Shown here: piece by piece, positions 27,065 through 36,103 of the stretch
How the letters are laid out: each line of letters begins with the position of its first letter
Position numbering within the stretch: the stretch's first letter is position 1
Source of the DNA: Faecalibacterium sp. CAG:1138
GTDB lineage: Bacteria > Bacillota > Clostridia > Christensenellales > CAG-917
Length of the DNA stretch: 64,000 nucleotides
Reading direction: 5' to 3'
NCBI GenBank assembly: GCA_000434675.1
Contig: HF988637.1
Coordinates: 31,244 to 95,243, forward strand
Notes under the pieces: generated by a model
Told to the model about the DNA's origin: nothing
Database searches by the model: none
What the model saw: the letters and a program-made list of their open reading frames with translations, nothing else
Translations under genes and position numbers: made by a program

Positions 27065-28060
27065 TTAATAGCGGTCGCCCGGGTAGTCGCGGTCGTTTCT
27101 GCGGTCTCGCCCGTCCGAGTAGCCGCGGCGATCGTAGTAGTCGTCACGACGGTAACGGCGATCGTAATAGTCGTCGTCGCGATAACGGCTGCGCGGTTCG
27201 TCGTAAGGAGAAGGGCCTACGTCGTAGTTGCGGTTGCGGTCGTAGTCGTAGCCGCCGCGCTTTTTTGCGGCAGGCTTGAACAGCAAAAATATGATGATGA
27301 CTGCCGGAAGAACTATGCCGATTATGAGCAGAATTCGGAGCACGTTGTTGTCGACGCTTAGAAGATTGTTCTTTTTGTCGCCGCCGTTTGAAGGATCTTC
27401 GGGATTGACGATTTCAACGGGAGGCCTCGAATAGAAGTGCTGAGGAATGACGTAGGTCGAAAGTTTGGCGGAAGCCACAGTTTTGCCCTCGACGGACGTA
27501 ACCAGCAGAACGTCTGACGGAACGTACCAGAACGCGCCGTCCGCGGCCTTGACGAATGCGTATTTCACGTCCTGATAGGTGAGAAAACCTAAAAACGTGA
27601 AGGCGGTGCCGGCGGTGAAATCTTCGGCGGTCGGAGCAGACTTTTTGCCGTTTTTGTTGCTCTTTATGACAAGTACGCTTACGTCGAGCACGTCGGTGAC
27701 AACGGTGAGATCCAGATTTGGATTTTTGTCGGTTTCGGCATTTTCAAAGTTGCTGTCGGTTTGCTTTGCAAGCTTCTTGACGTCGGCGTCGGAAAGAGTC
27801 CCTTCGACGTCCATATATCTGAACAAGTTCACTTCCGCGTCTTCGTCGTAGCCGAGATACTGGACGTAGTAGGTGGCGGGAACGGCCATGATTTCGTTTC
27901 GGTTGAAGCTGGCGGAAATGAGGGTTACGTCCTCGGTAACTTTAAGATATTCCCCCGCAACGAGCGTCACGGTTTCGTCTGCAAACGTCGCCCCCGCAGG
28001 GAACGAAAAACAGCCGATCAGCACGACAAGAATGAGTGAGAAATATAAAATTCGCTTCAT
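27065..28060 (-). CDS. Single-pass membrane protein with signal peptide and an Arg/Asp/Tyr-rich cytoplasmic tail
   Basis: Signal peptide MKRILYFSLILVVLIGCFSFPAGA. TM ILLIIGIVLPAVIIIFLLF. The 70-aa tail reads ...RSRYRDDDYYDRRYRRDDYYDRRGYSDGRDRRNDRDY. SD GAGGT. Confidence 0.7.
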   Translation of the reverse strand: MKRILYFSLILVVLIGCFSFPAGATFADETVTLVAGEYLKVTEDVTLISASFNRNEIMAVPATYYVQYLGYDEDAEVNLFRYMDVEGTLSDADVKKLAKQTDSNFENAETDKNPNLDLTVVTDVLDVSVLVIKSNKNGKKSAPTAEDFTAGTAFTFLGFLTYQDVKYAFVKAADGAFWYVPSDVLLVTSVEGKTVASAKLSTYVIPQHFYSRPPVEIVNPEDPSNGGDKKNNLLSVDNNVLRILLIIGIVLPAVIIIFLLFKPAAKKRGGYDYDRNRNYDVGPSPYDEPRSRYRDDDYYDRRYRRDDYYDRRGYSDGRDRRNDRDYPGDRY

Positions 28061-28137
28061 ATATACCTCGATAAATACTTATACACAATAAATTATATAC
28101 CAAAATTCGGTAAAAATAAAGCATTTTTAGGATTATT

Positions 28138-29571
28138 ATGAACAATTCGGAAAAAGAAAGGATTTTGAAACTTATAAAAATCGAAAAAGAACTGGGCAAA
28201 CGGCGCGGTAAAAAACGACTTCAGACATATAATTCGGGCGAAAAGGTGCACGAAAAACAGCTGGCGTTTCACAAATGTCTAAAACGCAACAGGTGGGTTT
28301 TCGGGGGTAACAGAAGCGGGAAAACCGAATGCGGAGCGGTGGAAACGGTGTGGATGCTGAGGGGAATCCATCCGTACAGAGAAAATAAGCCGAACGTTTC
28401 GGGCTGGGCGGTGTCGGTCAGCTACGAGGTGCAAAGGGACGTGGCGCAGCAGAAAATTCTGTCGTATCTGTCGAAGGACTGGATTGCGGAAATCGTTATG
28501 CAATCGGGGAAAAAGGACAGCCCGGAGACGGGCGTTATCGACCAGATCGTGGTGAAAAACGTTTTCGGAGGGCTTTCGAGGCTGGGGTTTAAGTCGGCGG
28601 ATCAGGGAAGAGAAAAATTTCAGGGCGCAAGCCTGGACTTCGTCTGGTTTGACGAGGAGCCGCCCGAGGACGTTTACAGGGAATGTCAGATGCGCGTTCT
28701 GGACAAAAAGGGCGACATTTTCGGAACCATGACGCCGCTTAAGGGGCAAACCTGGGTTTACGACGAAATTTATCTGAACAAGGGACAAAGCCCCGAAGTG
28801 TGGTACGAGCAGATGGAGTGGGCGGACAACCCGTATCTGGACGAAAAAGAGGTGGAAATGCTGTCTAATTCGCTGTCGGACGACGTGAAAGATTCCAGAC
28901 GATACGGAAGATTCAAAACCTACAACGGGTTGGTTTATCCGGAGTTCGACGTAAACGTCCACGTTATCGAGCCGTTTTCGGTGCCTGAGGAATGGCAGGC
29001 GGACATTTCGATAGACCCGGGACTCAACAATCCGCTGTCGTGCCATTTTTACGCGGTGGACGGCGACGGAACGGTTTACGTGGTGGCAGAGCATTTCGAA
29101 GCGGGAAAAGAAGTGGATTATCACGTCCGAAAAATCAACGAGCTGGCGGGAAAAATCGGTTGGAAGAGGGACGCGAGAGGACGACTGCACGCGCTTATCG
29201 ACAGTGCGGCAAACCAAAAAACACTGGCGTCGTCGAAAAGCGTGACGGAGCTTTTTGTGGAAAAAGGAATCGTGGTGAACCCAAAGGTCAACAAGGATTT
29301 GTTTTCGGGCATTGCAAAAATAAAGAATATGCTGGCTGCAAGACCGCCTAAAATTTTGATTTTCTCTTCCTGCGTCAACCTTATCCGAGAACTGAAAAGC
29401 TACGCCTGGGCCGAGGGCGACAGACCTAAAAAGTTCGACGACCACGCTTTGGACGAGCTCAGATATTTCGTGATGTCGGGAGCACTTCCGCAGGCTGTGA
29501 AGCCGCAAAAAACCGAAATACAAAAGGACATCGAGAGCCTCATTAAACTACAAAAAAGGAACAGACAATGA
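28138..29571 (+). CDS. Phage terminase large subunit
   Basis: Walker A FGGNRSGKTECG and Walker B LDFVWFDEEP. The C-terminal RNaseH-like nuclease region has ...SIDPG... and DDHALDELRY. 477 aa. Confidence 0.9.
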   Translation: MNNSEKERILKLIKIEKELGKRRGKKRLQTYNSGEKVHEKQLAFHKCLKRNRWVFGGNRSGKTECGAVETVWMLRGIHPYRENKPNVSGWAVSVSYEVQRDVAQQKILSYLSKDWIAEIVMQSGKKDSPETGVIDQIVVKNVFGGLSRLGFKSADQGREKFQGASLDFVWFDEEPPEDVYRECQMRVLDKKGDIFGTMTPLKGQTWVYDEIYLNKGQSPEVWYEQMEWADNPYLDEKEVEMLSNSLSDDVKDSRRYGRFKTYNGLVYPEFDVNVHVIEPFSVPEEWQADISIDPGLNNPLSCHFYAVDGDGTVYVVAEHFEAGKEVDYHVRKINELAGKIGWKRDARGRLHALIDSAANQKTLASSKSVTELFVEKGIVVNPKVNKDLFSGIAKIKNMLAARPPKILIFSSCVNLIRELKSYAWAEGDRPKKFDDHALDELRYFVMSGALPQAVKPQKTEIQKDIESLIKLQKRNRQ

Positions 29572-29861
29572 ACAACATTTCAAAAAAACTCAAGGCTGCT
29601 TTGACCAAAAAAGCTACGGGTTTTACCGCCGACGAGGTGGTTGAGGAATACGGAATCAACCCCGACGGCGAGTTTACGCTTCTGAAAAGAAAGGTTACGA
29701 AAAAATATTATCCTCCCGACACGTCGGCCATAAGCAAGGTGCAGGAGCAATGGGAGGCGGAGGAAAATTTGAGCAACCTCTCGGAAAGTCAACTTTTGGA
29801 GGAAAAAAGCAGATTGCTTGCCGAACTTAAGCTCGGCGACGAAAAAAAGGAGAAAAAATGA
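29568..29861 (+). CDS. Small phage protein; resembles only the C-terminal part of small terminase subunits
   Basis: 97 aa. The segment GFTADEVVEEY...KKVTKKYYPPDTSAI recalls the ...E..Y.....K..KK..PPD..A pattern near TerS C-termini. There is no N-terminal HTH. ATGA overlap with the terminase gene. Confidence 0.45.
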   Translation: MNNISKKLKAALTKKATGFTADEVVEEYGINPDGEFTLLKRKVTKKYYPPDTSAISKVQEQWEAEENLSNLSESQLLEEKSRLLAELKLGDEKKEKK

Positions 29862-31720
29862 AAGAACAACAAAATCAATTTCAGGAACAACTTGTGGCGG
29901 ACGTTAAGGCGGATTTCGAAAAAAGACGTCAGGCAAGACTTAGTATCGAACAGGCCTGGAGGCTTAATATGAACTTCATGGTCGGCAATCAATTCAGCGA
30001 AATCAACGCAAAAGGCGACATCGACGAAACCTGCAAACAGTTTTATTGGCAGGAAAGATCGGTGTTTAACCATATCGCGCCGATCGTCGAAACGAGGCTG
30101 GCCAAGCTGTCCAGAGTCAGAAGCGGCGTTACCGTGCGGCCGCTTACCACCGACGAGCAGGACGTGTCGGCCGCCAAATTCAGCACGGCCATACTAAACA
30201 GTATCATCGCCGAAAACAAACTGCCGAATCTTTTAAACACGGCAAACGCCTGGAGCGAGATTTGCGGCACGGTGTTTTATAAGGTGGTGTGGGACGGCGA
30301 AAAGGGTACGAAATACACCTTTAACGGCAAAACCGCCTCGGACGGCGACGTGTCGGTTATGGTTGTGCCGCCGTTTGAAATTTATCCCGAATCGCTTGAA
30401 GGAGATCTGGACAGTCAGTCGTCGATTATGCACGTCAAGGCGTATTCGGCGAGCGAAGTTAAGGACCTTTGGGGCGTGGACGTCAAACCGCAGAAGGTGA
30501 ACGTTTTCAATATGCAAAACGCCGTAGTTTCCGGCGGATTCGGCTACAATTCGACGGTGCCGAACGTTTCGGAGGAAATCAAGGACGACGCGGTGGTGGT
30601 TATCGAAAAATTCGAACTGCCGACGGCGGAATTCCCTAATGGCAGGCACGTTATCGTTGCGGGGGGCCGGCTTGTCTACATGGGCGAGCTGCCGTACGAA
30701 AACGGGGAAGAAGGCAAACGCAAATTCCCGTTTGTAAGGCAGGTGTCGCTGGATAACACGGGCGCGTTTTTCGGCGCGAGCGTGGTGGAAAGATGTATTC
30801 CGGTGCAGAGGGCGTACAACGCCGTGAAAAACCGAAAACTGGAATTTCTTAACCGAATCGCAATGGGAGTTCTGGCCGTCGAGGACGGAAGCGTCGATAC
30901 CGAACAGCTTGCAGACGAAGGACTTTGCCCGGGGAAAATTTTGGTGTATCGCCAGGGTTCGACGCCGCCGGTTATGATGAACGCGGGAAGCGTTCCGACC
31001 GATTTCCAACGTGAAGAAGACAGGCTTTTGCAGGAATTCACCATGATTTCCGGCGTGTCGGAGGTTATGGGCTACAGCAGAGTGCCCGAAAACGTTACGA
31101 GCGGCACGGCGATAAGCCTCATCATCGAACAGGACGACACCAGAATGAGCATAACCGCAAACAATCTGAGGGCGGCTATTCTGGAAATAGGAAAACAGAT
31201 TCTGAGACTGTACAAACAATTTGCAACCACCCGACGCTTAAAGCGCATAGCGGGCGAAAACGGAGAAGTGGACCTCGTGTATTTCACGGGCAACGACCTT
31301 ACGTCCGACGACATAGCGTTCGACACCGAAAACGATTTGTCGGACACGGCGGCGTCAAGGAGAAACATGGTTATGCAGATACTTTCGATGGGCCTACTTA
31401 ACGACGAAAACGGAACGCTGTCGCCGAGAAACAAGGCGAGAGTGCTGGAAATTCTGGGCTTCGGCAACTGGGAAAGCAGCAAAGACATCGAGGAACTGAA
31501 CATCAAAAAAGCTATGAGGGAAAACCTCAAAATGAAAGACGGCGGCGAAGCGCTCGTGCCCGATGAAACCGACGAGCACAGCATTCACATTGCCGAACAT
31601 ACCAAATTTATTCTGTCCCAGGAATACGACGGCGCTTGCGACGTTAAGAGCCGCGTGCTGGAACACATCACCTTGCACCGCCAGGCGCAGGAGATGGCAA
31701 ATCAAATCAAAAACGTTTAG
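29858..31720 (+). CDS. Phage portal protein (by position and size)
   Basis: 620 aa, immediately after the terminase with an ATGA overlap. It is followed by scaffold-like and capsid-like genes. I can cite no diagnostic motif. Confidence 0.65.
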   Translation: MKEQQNQFQEQLVADVKADFEKRRQARLSIEQAWRLNMNFMVGNQFSEINAKGDIDETCKQFYWQERSVFNHIAPIVETRLAKLSRVRSGVTVRPLTTDEQDVSAAKFSTAILNSIIAENKLPNLLNTANAWSEICGTVFYKVVWDGEKGTKYTFNGKTASDGDVSVMVVPPFEIYPESLEGDLDSQSSIMHVKAYSASEVKDLWGVDVKPQKVNVFNMQNAVVSGGFGYNSTVPNVSEEIKDDAVVVIEKFELPTAEFPNGRHVIVAGGRLVYMGELPYENGEEGKRKFPFVRQVSLDNTGAFFGASVVERCIPVQRAYNAVKNRKLEFLNRIAMGVLAVEDGSVDTEQLADEGLCPGKILVYRQGSTPPVMMNAGSVPTDFQREEDRLLQEFTMISGVSEVMGYSRVPENVTSGTAISLIIEQDDTRMSITANNLRAAILEIGKQILRLYKQFATTRRLKRIAGENGEVDLVYFTGNDLTSDDIAFDTENDLSDTAASRRNMVMQILSMGLLNDENGTLSPRNKARVLEILGFGNWESSKDIEELNIKKAMRENLKMKDGGEALVPDETDEHSIHIAEHTKFILSQEYDGACDVKSRVLEHITLHRQAQEMANQIKNV

Positions 31721-31731
31721 GAGGAACGAAT

Positions 31732-32337
31732 ATGAAAGATCAAATTTCTGAAACGGAAGCTGCCGTAACCGAGGATAAAACCGAGGTCAAAACGGCTGAC
31801 TTAAGGAAAGAAAACATCGGAAAATTTCCAAACAAAGAAGAACTTTATGCGGCCTACAATGCGCTGGAAAAAGAGTTTACGCGTCGCAGTCAGCGACTTA
31901 AAACCCTTGAAAGGCAAATTGACGACCTGAATAAAGCAAGCCTTCGGAAAGAGGAAAACGCGGAAAAGGCCGCAAAATTTTTAGAGCAGGCGGTGGAAAA
32001 CTATCCGTCGCTTCTGCCGCTTAAAAGCGAGCTGGCGGAGGCTCTTGCGGCGATAAATCCGGAGGACGAAACGTCGCTTTGGAAAATCGCTTTTCAGGTT
32101 GTGGCCGCGGCTTACCGTTCCCCCGACGACATAATGGCGGACGAAGATTTTTTGAACGAACGCGTTTATTCCAACGACGACGTGTTGACCGCCTGCGCGG
32201 AAAAATTTTTCGGCGCAAAAAGCGGCGCGAAAAGTCCGAGAACCGTCGGCTCTTGCGGCAGAGCCGTTATCACTTTGCCAAAAAAACCGTCTTCCCTTAA
32301 GGAAGCCAAGGAAATGGCAGAACATTTGTTCAAATAG
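31732..32337 (+). CDS. Scaffolding-protein candidate
   Basis: 201 aa, acidic and helical. It lies between the portal and capsid genes. Confidence 0.45.
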   Translation: MKDQISETEAAVTEDKTEVKTADLRKENIGKFPNKEELYAAYNALEKEFTRRSQRLKTLERQIDDLNKASLRKEENAEKAAKFLEQAVENYPSLLPLKSELAEALAAINPEDETSLWKIAFQVVAAAYRSPDDIMADEDFLNERVYSNDDVLTACAEKFFGAKSGAKSPRTVGSCGRAVITLPKKPSSLKEAKEMAEHLFK

Positions 32338-32367
32338 CCGCAAATAAAAAATTAAAAGGAGAAAAAC

Positions 32368-33552
32368 ATGATCAACTTTCAAACTGCCGAAAAAGCACTC
32401 AAATCTTTTTATCTTTCGGTGATTGCCGAACAACTTAACACCAAAATCAATCCGCTTCTTTCTAAAATCGAACAAACTTCTTCGGACGTTGCGGGAAAAG
32501 AAATCGTCAAGCTTTGCACTTACGGCGTGAACGGCGGCGTGGGCGCAGGCAGCGAAACCGGCACTTTGCCGACTTCCGGCGAAAACTCTTACGAACAGTT
32601 CAGACTGACTCTTAAGAACTTCTTCGGAAAGCTCGAAATTTCCGACAAAGCCCTGAGGGCGTCTCAAACCGACGGCGGCGCGTTCGTCAACCTTTTGAAC
32701 GCTGAAATGGACGGCTTGCTCAAAGCCAGCAAAATGAACTTCGGCCGTATGCTTTACGGCGACGGCAGCGGTAAGCTTGCAACCGTCGTTGCCAAAGAAA
32801 CGTCCGACACTTCTACAAACGACTACATCAAAGTGGACGACGTTTCCAAATTCGTTCTGGGCATGACCATCGACATCGCTACCACCTCGGGCGTTATCGC
32901 CGCAGCAGGCAAAAACAAACGCATCATCGGCATCGACAGAGCAAACAAGGTTATCCGCATTTCCGTTTGCCCGACCACCGCGTTTGCGGCAAACAGCACC
33001 GTGTACGTTCAGAACAGCAAGGACGCGGAGCTCACCGGCCTCGAAGCAATTTTCGGCAACAGCGAAACCTTGTACGGTCTTACCAGAGCCAACTTCGACT
33101 TTTTGAAACCGTACGTCAAATCTTCCTGCGGCAAGCTTACCGTGGACGCTATGCAAAGCGCAATCGATCAGGCAGAAATCGCTTCCGGCGGCGAAATCAA
33201 CTTCATCACCGCAAGCTACGACGTAAGACGTAACTACGTCGCAACGGTTACCGCAAAAGCAACCAACGTGGACGTTATGAACGTTGACGGCGGCTATAAA
33301 GCAATAAGCTACAGCGGAATTCCTATGGTGGCGGACAGATACGTTCCGGCAGGAACCATGTATATGCTCAACACCGACGACTTCAAACTGCATCAGCTTT
33401 GCGACTGGAGATGGATCGAAGGCGAAGGCGGTTCCGTGCTTCATCAGCTGGCAGGCACCCCTAATTATTACGCTACGCTCGTCAAATACGCAGATCTGCT
33501 TTGCGAAAGACCGAGCGGTCAGGTCAAAATCAGCGGCATAACCGCAGAATAA
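32368..33552 (+). CDS. Major capsid protein candidate
   Basis: 394 aa with a strong SD (AAAGGAGAAAAAC ATG). Its position follows the scaffold, and its composition is glycine- and beta-rich. The call rests on gene order and size only. Confidence 0.6.
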   Translation: MINFQTAEKALKSFYLSVIAEQLNTKINPLLSKIEQTSSDVAGKEIVKLCTYGVNGGVGAGSETGTLPTSGENSYEQFRLTLKNFFGKLEISDKALRASQTDGGAFVNLLNAEMDGLLKASKMNFGRMLYGDGSGKLATVVAKETSDTSTNDYIKVDDVSKFVLGMTIDIATTSGVIAAAGKNKRIIGIDRANKVIRISVCPTTAFAANSTVYVQNSKDAELTGLEAIFGNSETLYGLTRANFDFLKPYVKSSCGKLTVDAMQSAIDQAEIASGGEINFITASYDVRRNYVATVTAKATNVDVMNVDGGYKAISYSGIPMVADRYVPAGTMYMLNTDDFKLHQLCDWRWIEGEGGSVLHQLAGTPNYYATLVKYADLLCERPSGQVKISGITAE

Positions 33553-33574
33553 TTTCAAAAGGAGGAATTGGCCC

Positions 33575-33961
33575 GTGTCGTTTTTGATACAAGACGTGAC
33601 GGACGGCAAACTCGTTAAAATTGCCGAGGACGCATTGGACGTGGCGGACAGAATCCGCGAAATAGACTAAGGGTACGAGATCTATTATAACAGGGCGAAA
33701 AACCGATTCGAAATTTACAAAAAAGGAGAACGTCAGGCGGTTCTGCCGTTTGACGAACTGGACGAAAGAACCGTGACGTATCTTAGAAAAACCAGAATCG
33801 AAAACGCCGAGGAACTGATTGAGGAAATAGACTCGGAAAACCTGAAAAGAGAACAATCGATCGAGCGCGCAAAAAAAGACGAGAGAGAATACAAGCTCGG
33901 ACACCTTGTGAAATACCTCGAAAACGACAGGGCCTACGTTCCTCGATACGACGAATTATAG
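33575..33961 (+). pseudogene. 128-codon reading frame interrupted by one in-frame TAA (33668-33670): either a disrupted gene or a 31-aa ORF plus a 62-aa GTG-start ORF
   Basis: GTG 33575 lies 9 nt after GGAGG. After the TAA the same frame continues GYEIYYNRAKNRFEIY... with no ATG or SD until GTG 33773. Confidence 0.35.
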
Positions 33962-33970
33962 GAGGACGAT

Positions 33971-34513
33971 ATGACTGTAAAAGAAGTGATATCCGCCGCG
34001 CTTTTCAAGATGGGCTACGGAGAAGTCGACTTCGACGAAATGACCTCCGAAGAAAGCGCGTTGGTTCAGAAAATGCTGAAGTGCCTGAATCTGGTTTATC
34101 AACAAATAGAAACGGAATACTTGCCGCTGACGAAAAAAGAAACCAAAAACTTTTCGGGAGGGACGCTTGAAATTTCAACGCTGTCCAAGCCGCTTTTGTA
34201 CGTCGTAGGCATAAAAAAAGACGGCGTTGCCAAAAGCTTTAAGACGAAAGCAAGCTACATAGAAACCACCTTCGACGGCGACGCGGAGATAGAATACGCA
34301 TATCTTGCCGACGACTTTTTGCTCACCGGCGAAATTGCGGACAAAAGGCTTGCAAAATGGCTGATTGCGGACGGAGTGGTCGCGGAATTCTGCTACGCGG
34401 AGAATATGCCGGTCGAGGCGGCCGCGGCTTACAAACGGTTTACGGACGGACTTAAGTATCTGAAAAACAAAAGTCTGAGGCTTACGGTGCTGGCAAGGAG
34501 GTGGCCGCAGTGA
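33971..34513 (+). CDS. Phage structural protein (head-completion / connector candidate)
   Basis: 180 aa. SD GGAGGA. The stop overlaps the next start (GTGA). The assignment rests on position only. Confidence 0.5.
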   Translation: MTVKEVISAALFKMGYGEVDFDEMTSEESALVQKMLKCLNLVYQQIETEYLPLTKKETKNFSGGTLEISTLSKPLLYVVGIKKDGVAKSFKTKASYIETTFDGDAEIEYAYLADDFLLTGEIADKRLAKWLIADGVVAEFCYAENMPVEAAAAYKRFTDGLKYLKNKSLRLTVLARRWPQ

Positions 34514-35975
34514 AGGGTTCGACCACAAGACGAGTCAGACTGAAAATATCCGAATTCAAGGGAACGGATACGACCACCGAGAAAAAACTTCTGTCCCCCG
34601 AATACAGCCCCGACACCTACAATTTTACTTTCACCGGCGGTGCGCTTAAGGCGGAAATCGGCGTGGACGTGGCGATGCTCGGCATCCTTACCGACAAAAA
34701 TTTCTGGCACTATCTGCCGGAGCTTCCCGAAGGCGAAAGTGTGGCAAATCTGCATTTCTACCGCAAATACGACTTTACCAACAAAAAACGCGACGATAAA
34801 ATCGTGGTTAAGGGAAGTTCGGGAAATTACTACGTCGCGCCGTTCTGGGAAACGGGGACGTTTGAAAAGATACCGAACATATTCGTTTCCAGTTTGGACT
34901 CGAGCGTGAACTACCGCTACAACGGGAACGACGTCCTTATCATTGCGGGCACGGGCGGCGGCGTTTACATCTACGACGGCACGAAAATCACCTACGTCAA
35001 AAACGCCCCTACCATAACCAGCATGTGCGTGCATTACGAAAGAATTTACGCAACGGTTTCGGGCGAGGCGAACAGCTTGTGGTTTTCCGACGACTTCAAC
35101 CCCGTAAACTGGAACGCTTCGCTTACGGAGGGCGGCTTCATAAACTTCGACGACGACGGAGGAAGAGTGATTAAGGCCGTGAGTTTTCTGGACCACGTTT
35201 ACGTTTTCAGAGATTACGGCATCGTCAGGCTTACGGCGTACGGCTCGCAGGAGAACTACACCGTTTCGAAGGTTTACGTTTCGGCGTCCAGAATCCTGCC
35301 GGATACCATTGCCTGCTGCGGCGACAGAATTATCTTTCTGACCGACGAAGGGCTGTTTTCCTTCAACGGCTACACCATGACGATGATTGCAAAAGAAATA
35401 ACCAACCTTTTCCACCGCGATCGCTCGGCCGCGAAAGGCGCGTACGTCAGGGCAATTACTATCTTTGCTGCAGACTTCGTCAGGACACGGGCAAGGTGCT
35501 TTGCGAGGAGCAACCGGGATTTATAAACAATTCTGTCGTGCGCGTTGACGTAAGAACCGGCAAGGTGGACATTTTCAGAGGCGTGGACGTCAAGGGTATG
35601 ACCGCGATGGAAAGCTTGCATATCGGCGAAGTGCTGTTGTTTTTCAGAGGGCAATACTCCACGCAAATGGGCATGATGTCCAAGTCCGGCAAGCTGTTTG
35701 ACATTCTCGCGCCGAAGCACTGGGAATGCGCCGAAACGGATCTTGGGCGCCCGGATACCGAAAAAACCGTCAGGACGGTTTGGCTGACGACCGCCACGGA
35801 TTGCACGCTGACCGTCGTTTTGGACGGAAAGAAATTCGCATACGAGGTTAAAGGCGGCTCGGAACCGAAAAAAGTCGTCGTCAATCGCCGCGGAAGCACC
35901 GTGGGATTTATGATCGATACCGACAAAAAATCGCCGGTTATTTCCGGACTTACCGCGGAGGTGGATATCAAATGA
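34510..35975 (+). pseudogene. ~490-aa beta-rich phage structural protein split by a -1 frame change near 35446-35452
   Basis: Frame 1 (...AAKGAYV) and frame 0 (QGNYYLCCRLRQDTGKVLCEEQPGF...) overlap for more than 150 nt. Joined, they give one plausible protein. Start GTG 34510 lies 9 nt after AAGGAG. I see no slippery heptamer. Confidence 0.5.
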
Positions 35976-36103
35976 CGGACGTCAGAATTTTGGAGCTTAT
36001 CGCCACCGTGGAAAGACTGGCGAGGCAGATCGCCTTGCTGGAAAACAGAATTAAAGTTTTAGAACAAACGGAGGTACAAAATGTCAATTTGGGACAAAAT
36101 TGA
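35972..36103 (+). CDS. 43-aa leucine-zipper-like peptide (below the ORF-track cutoff)
   Basis: The ATG overlaps the upstream TGA (ATGA). The heptad pattern is ILELIATVERLARQIALLENRIKVLEQ. Its end overlaps the next gene. Confidence 0.35.
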   Translation: MTDVRILELIATVERLARQIALLENRIKVLEQTEVQNVNLGQN

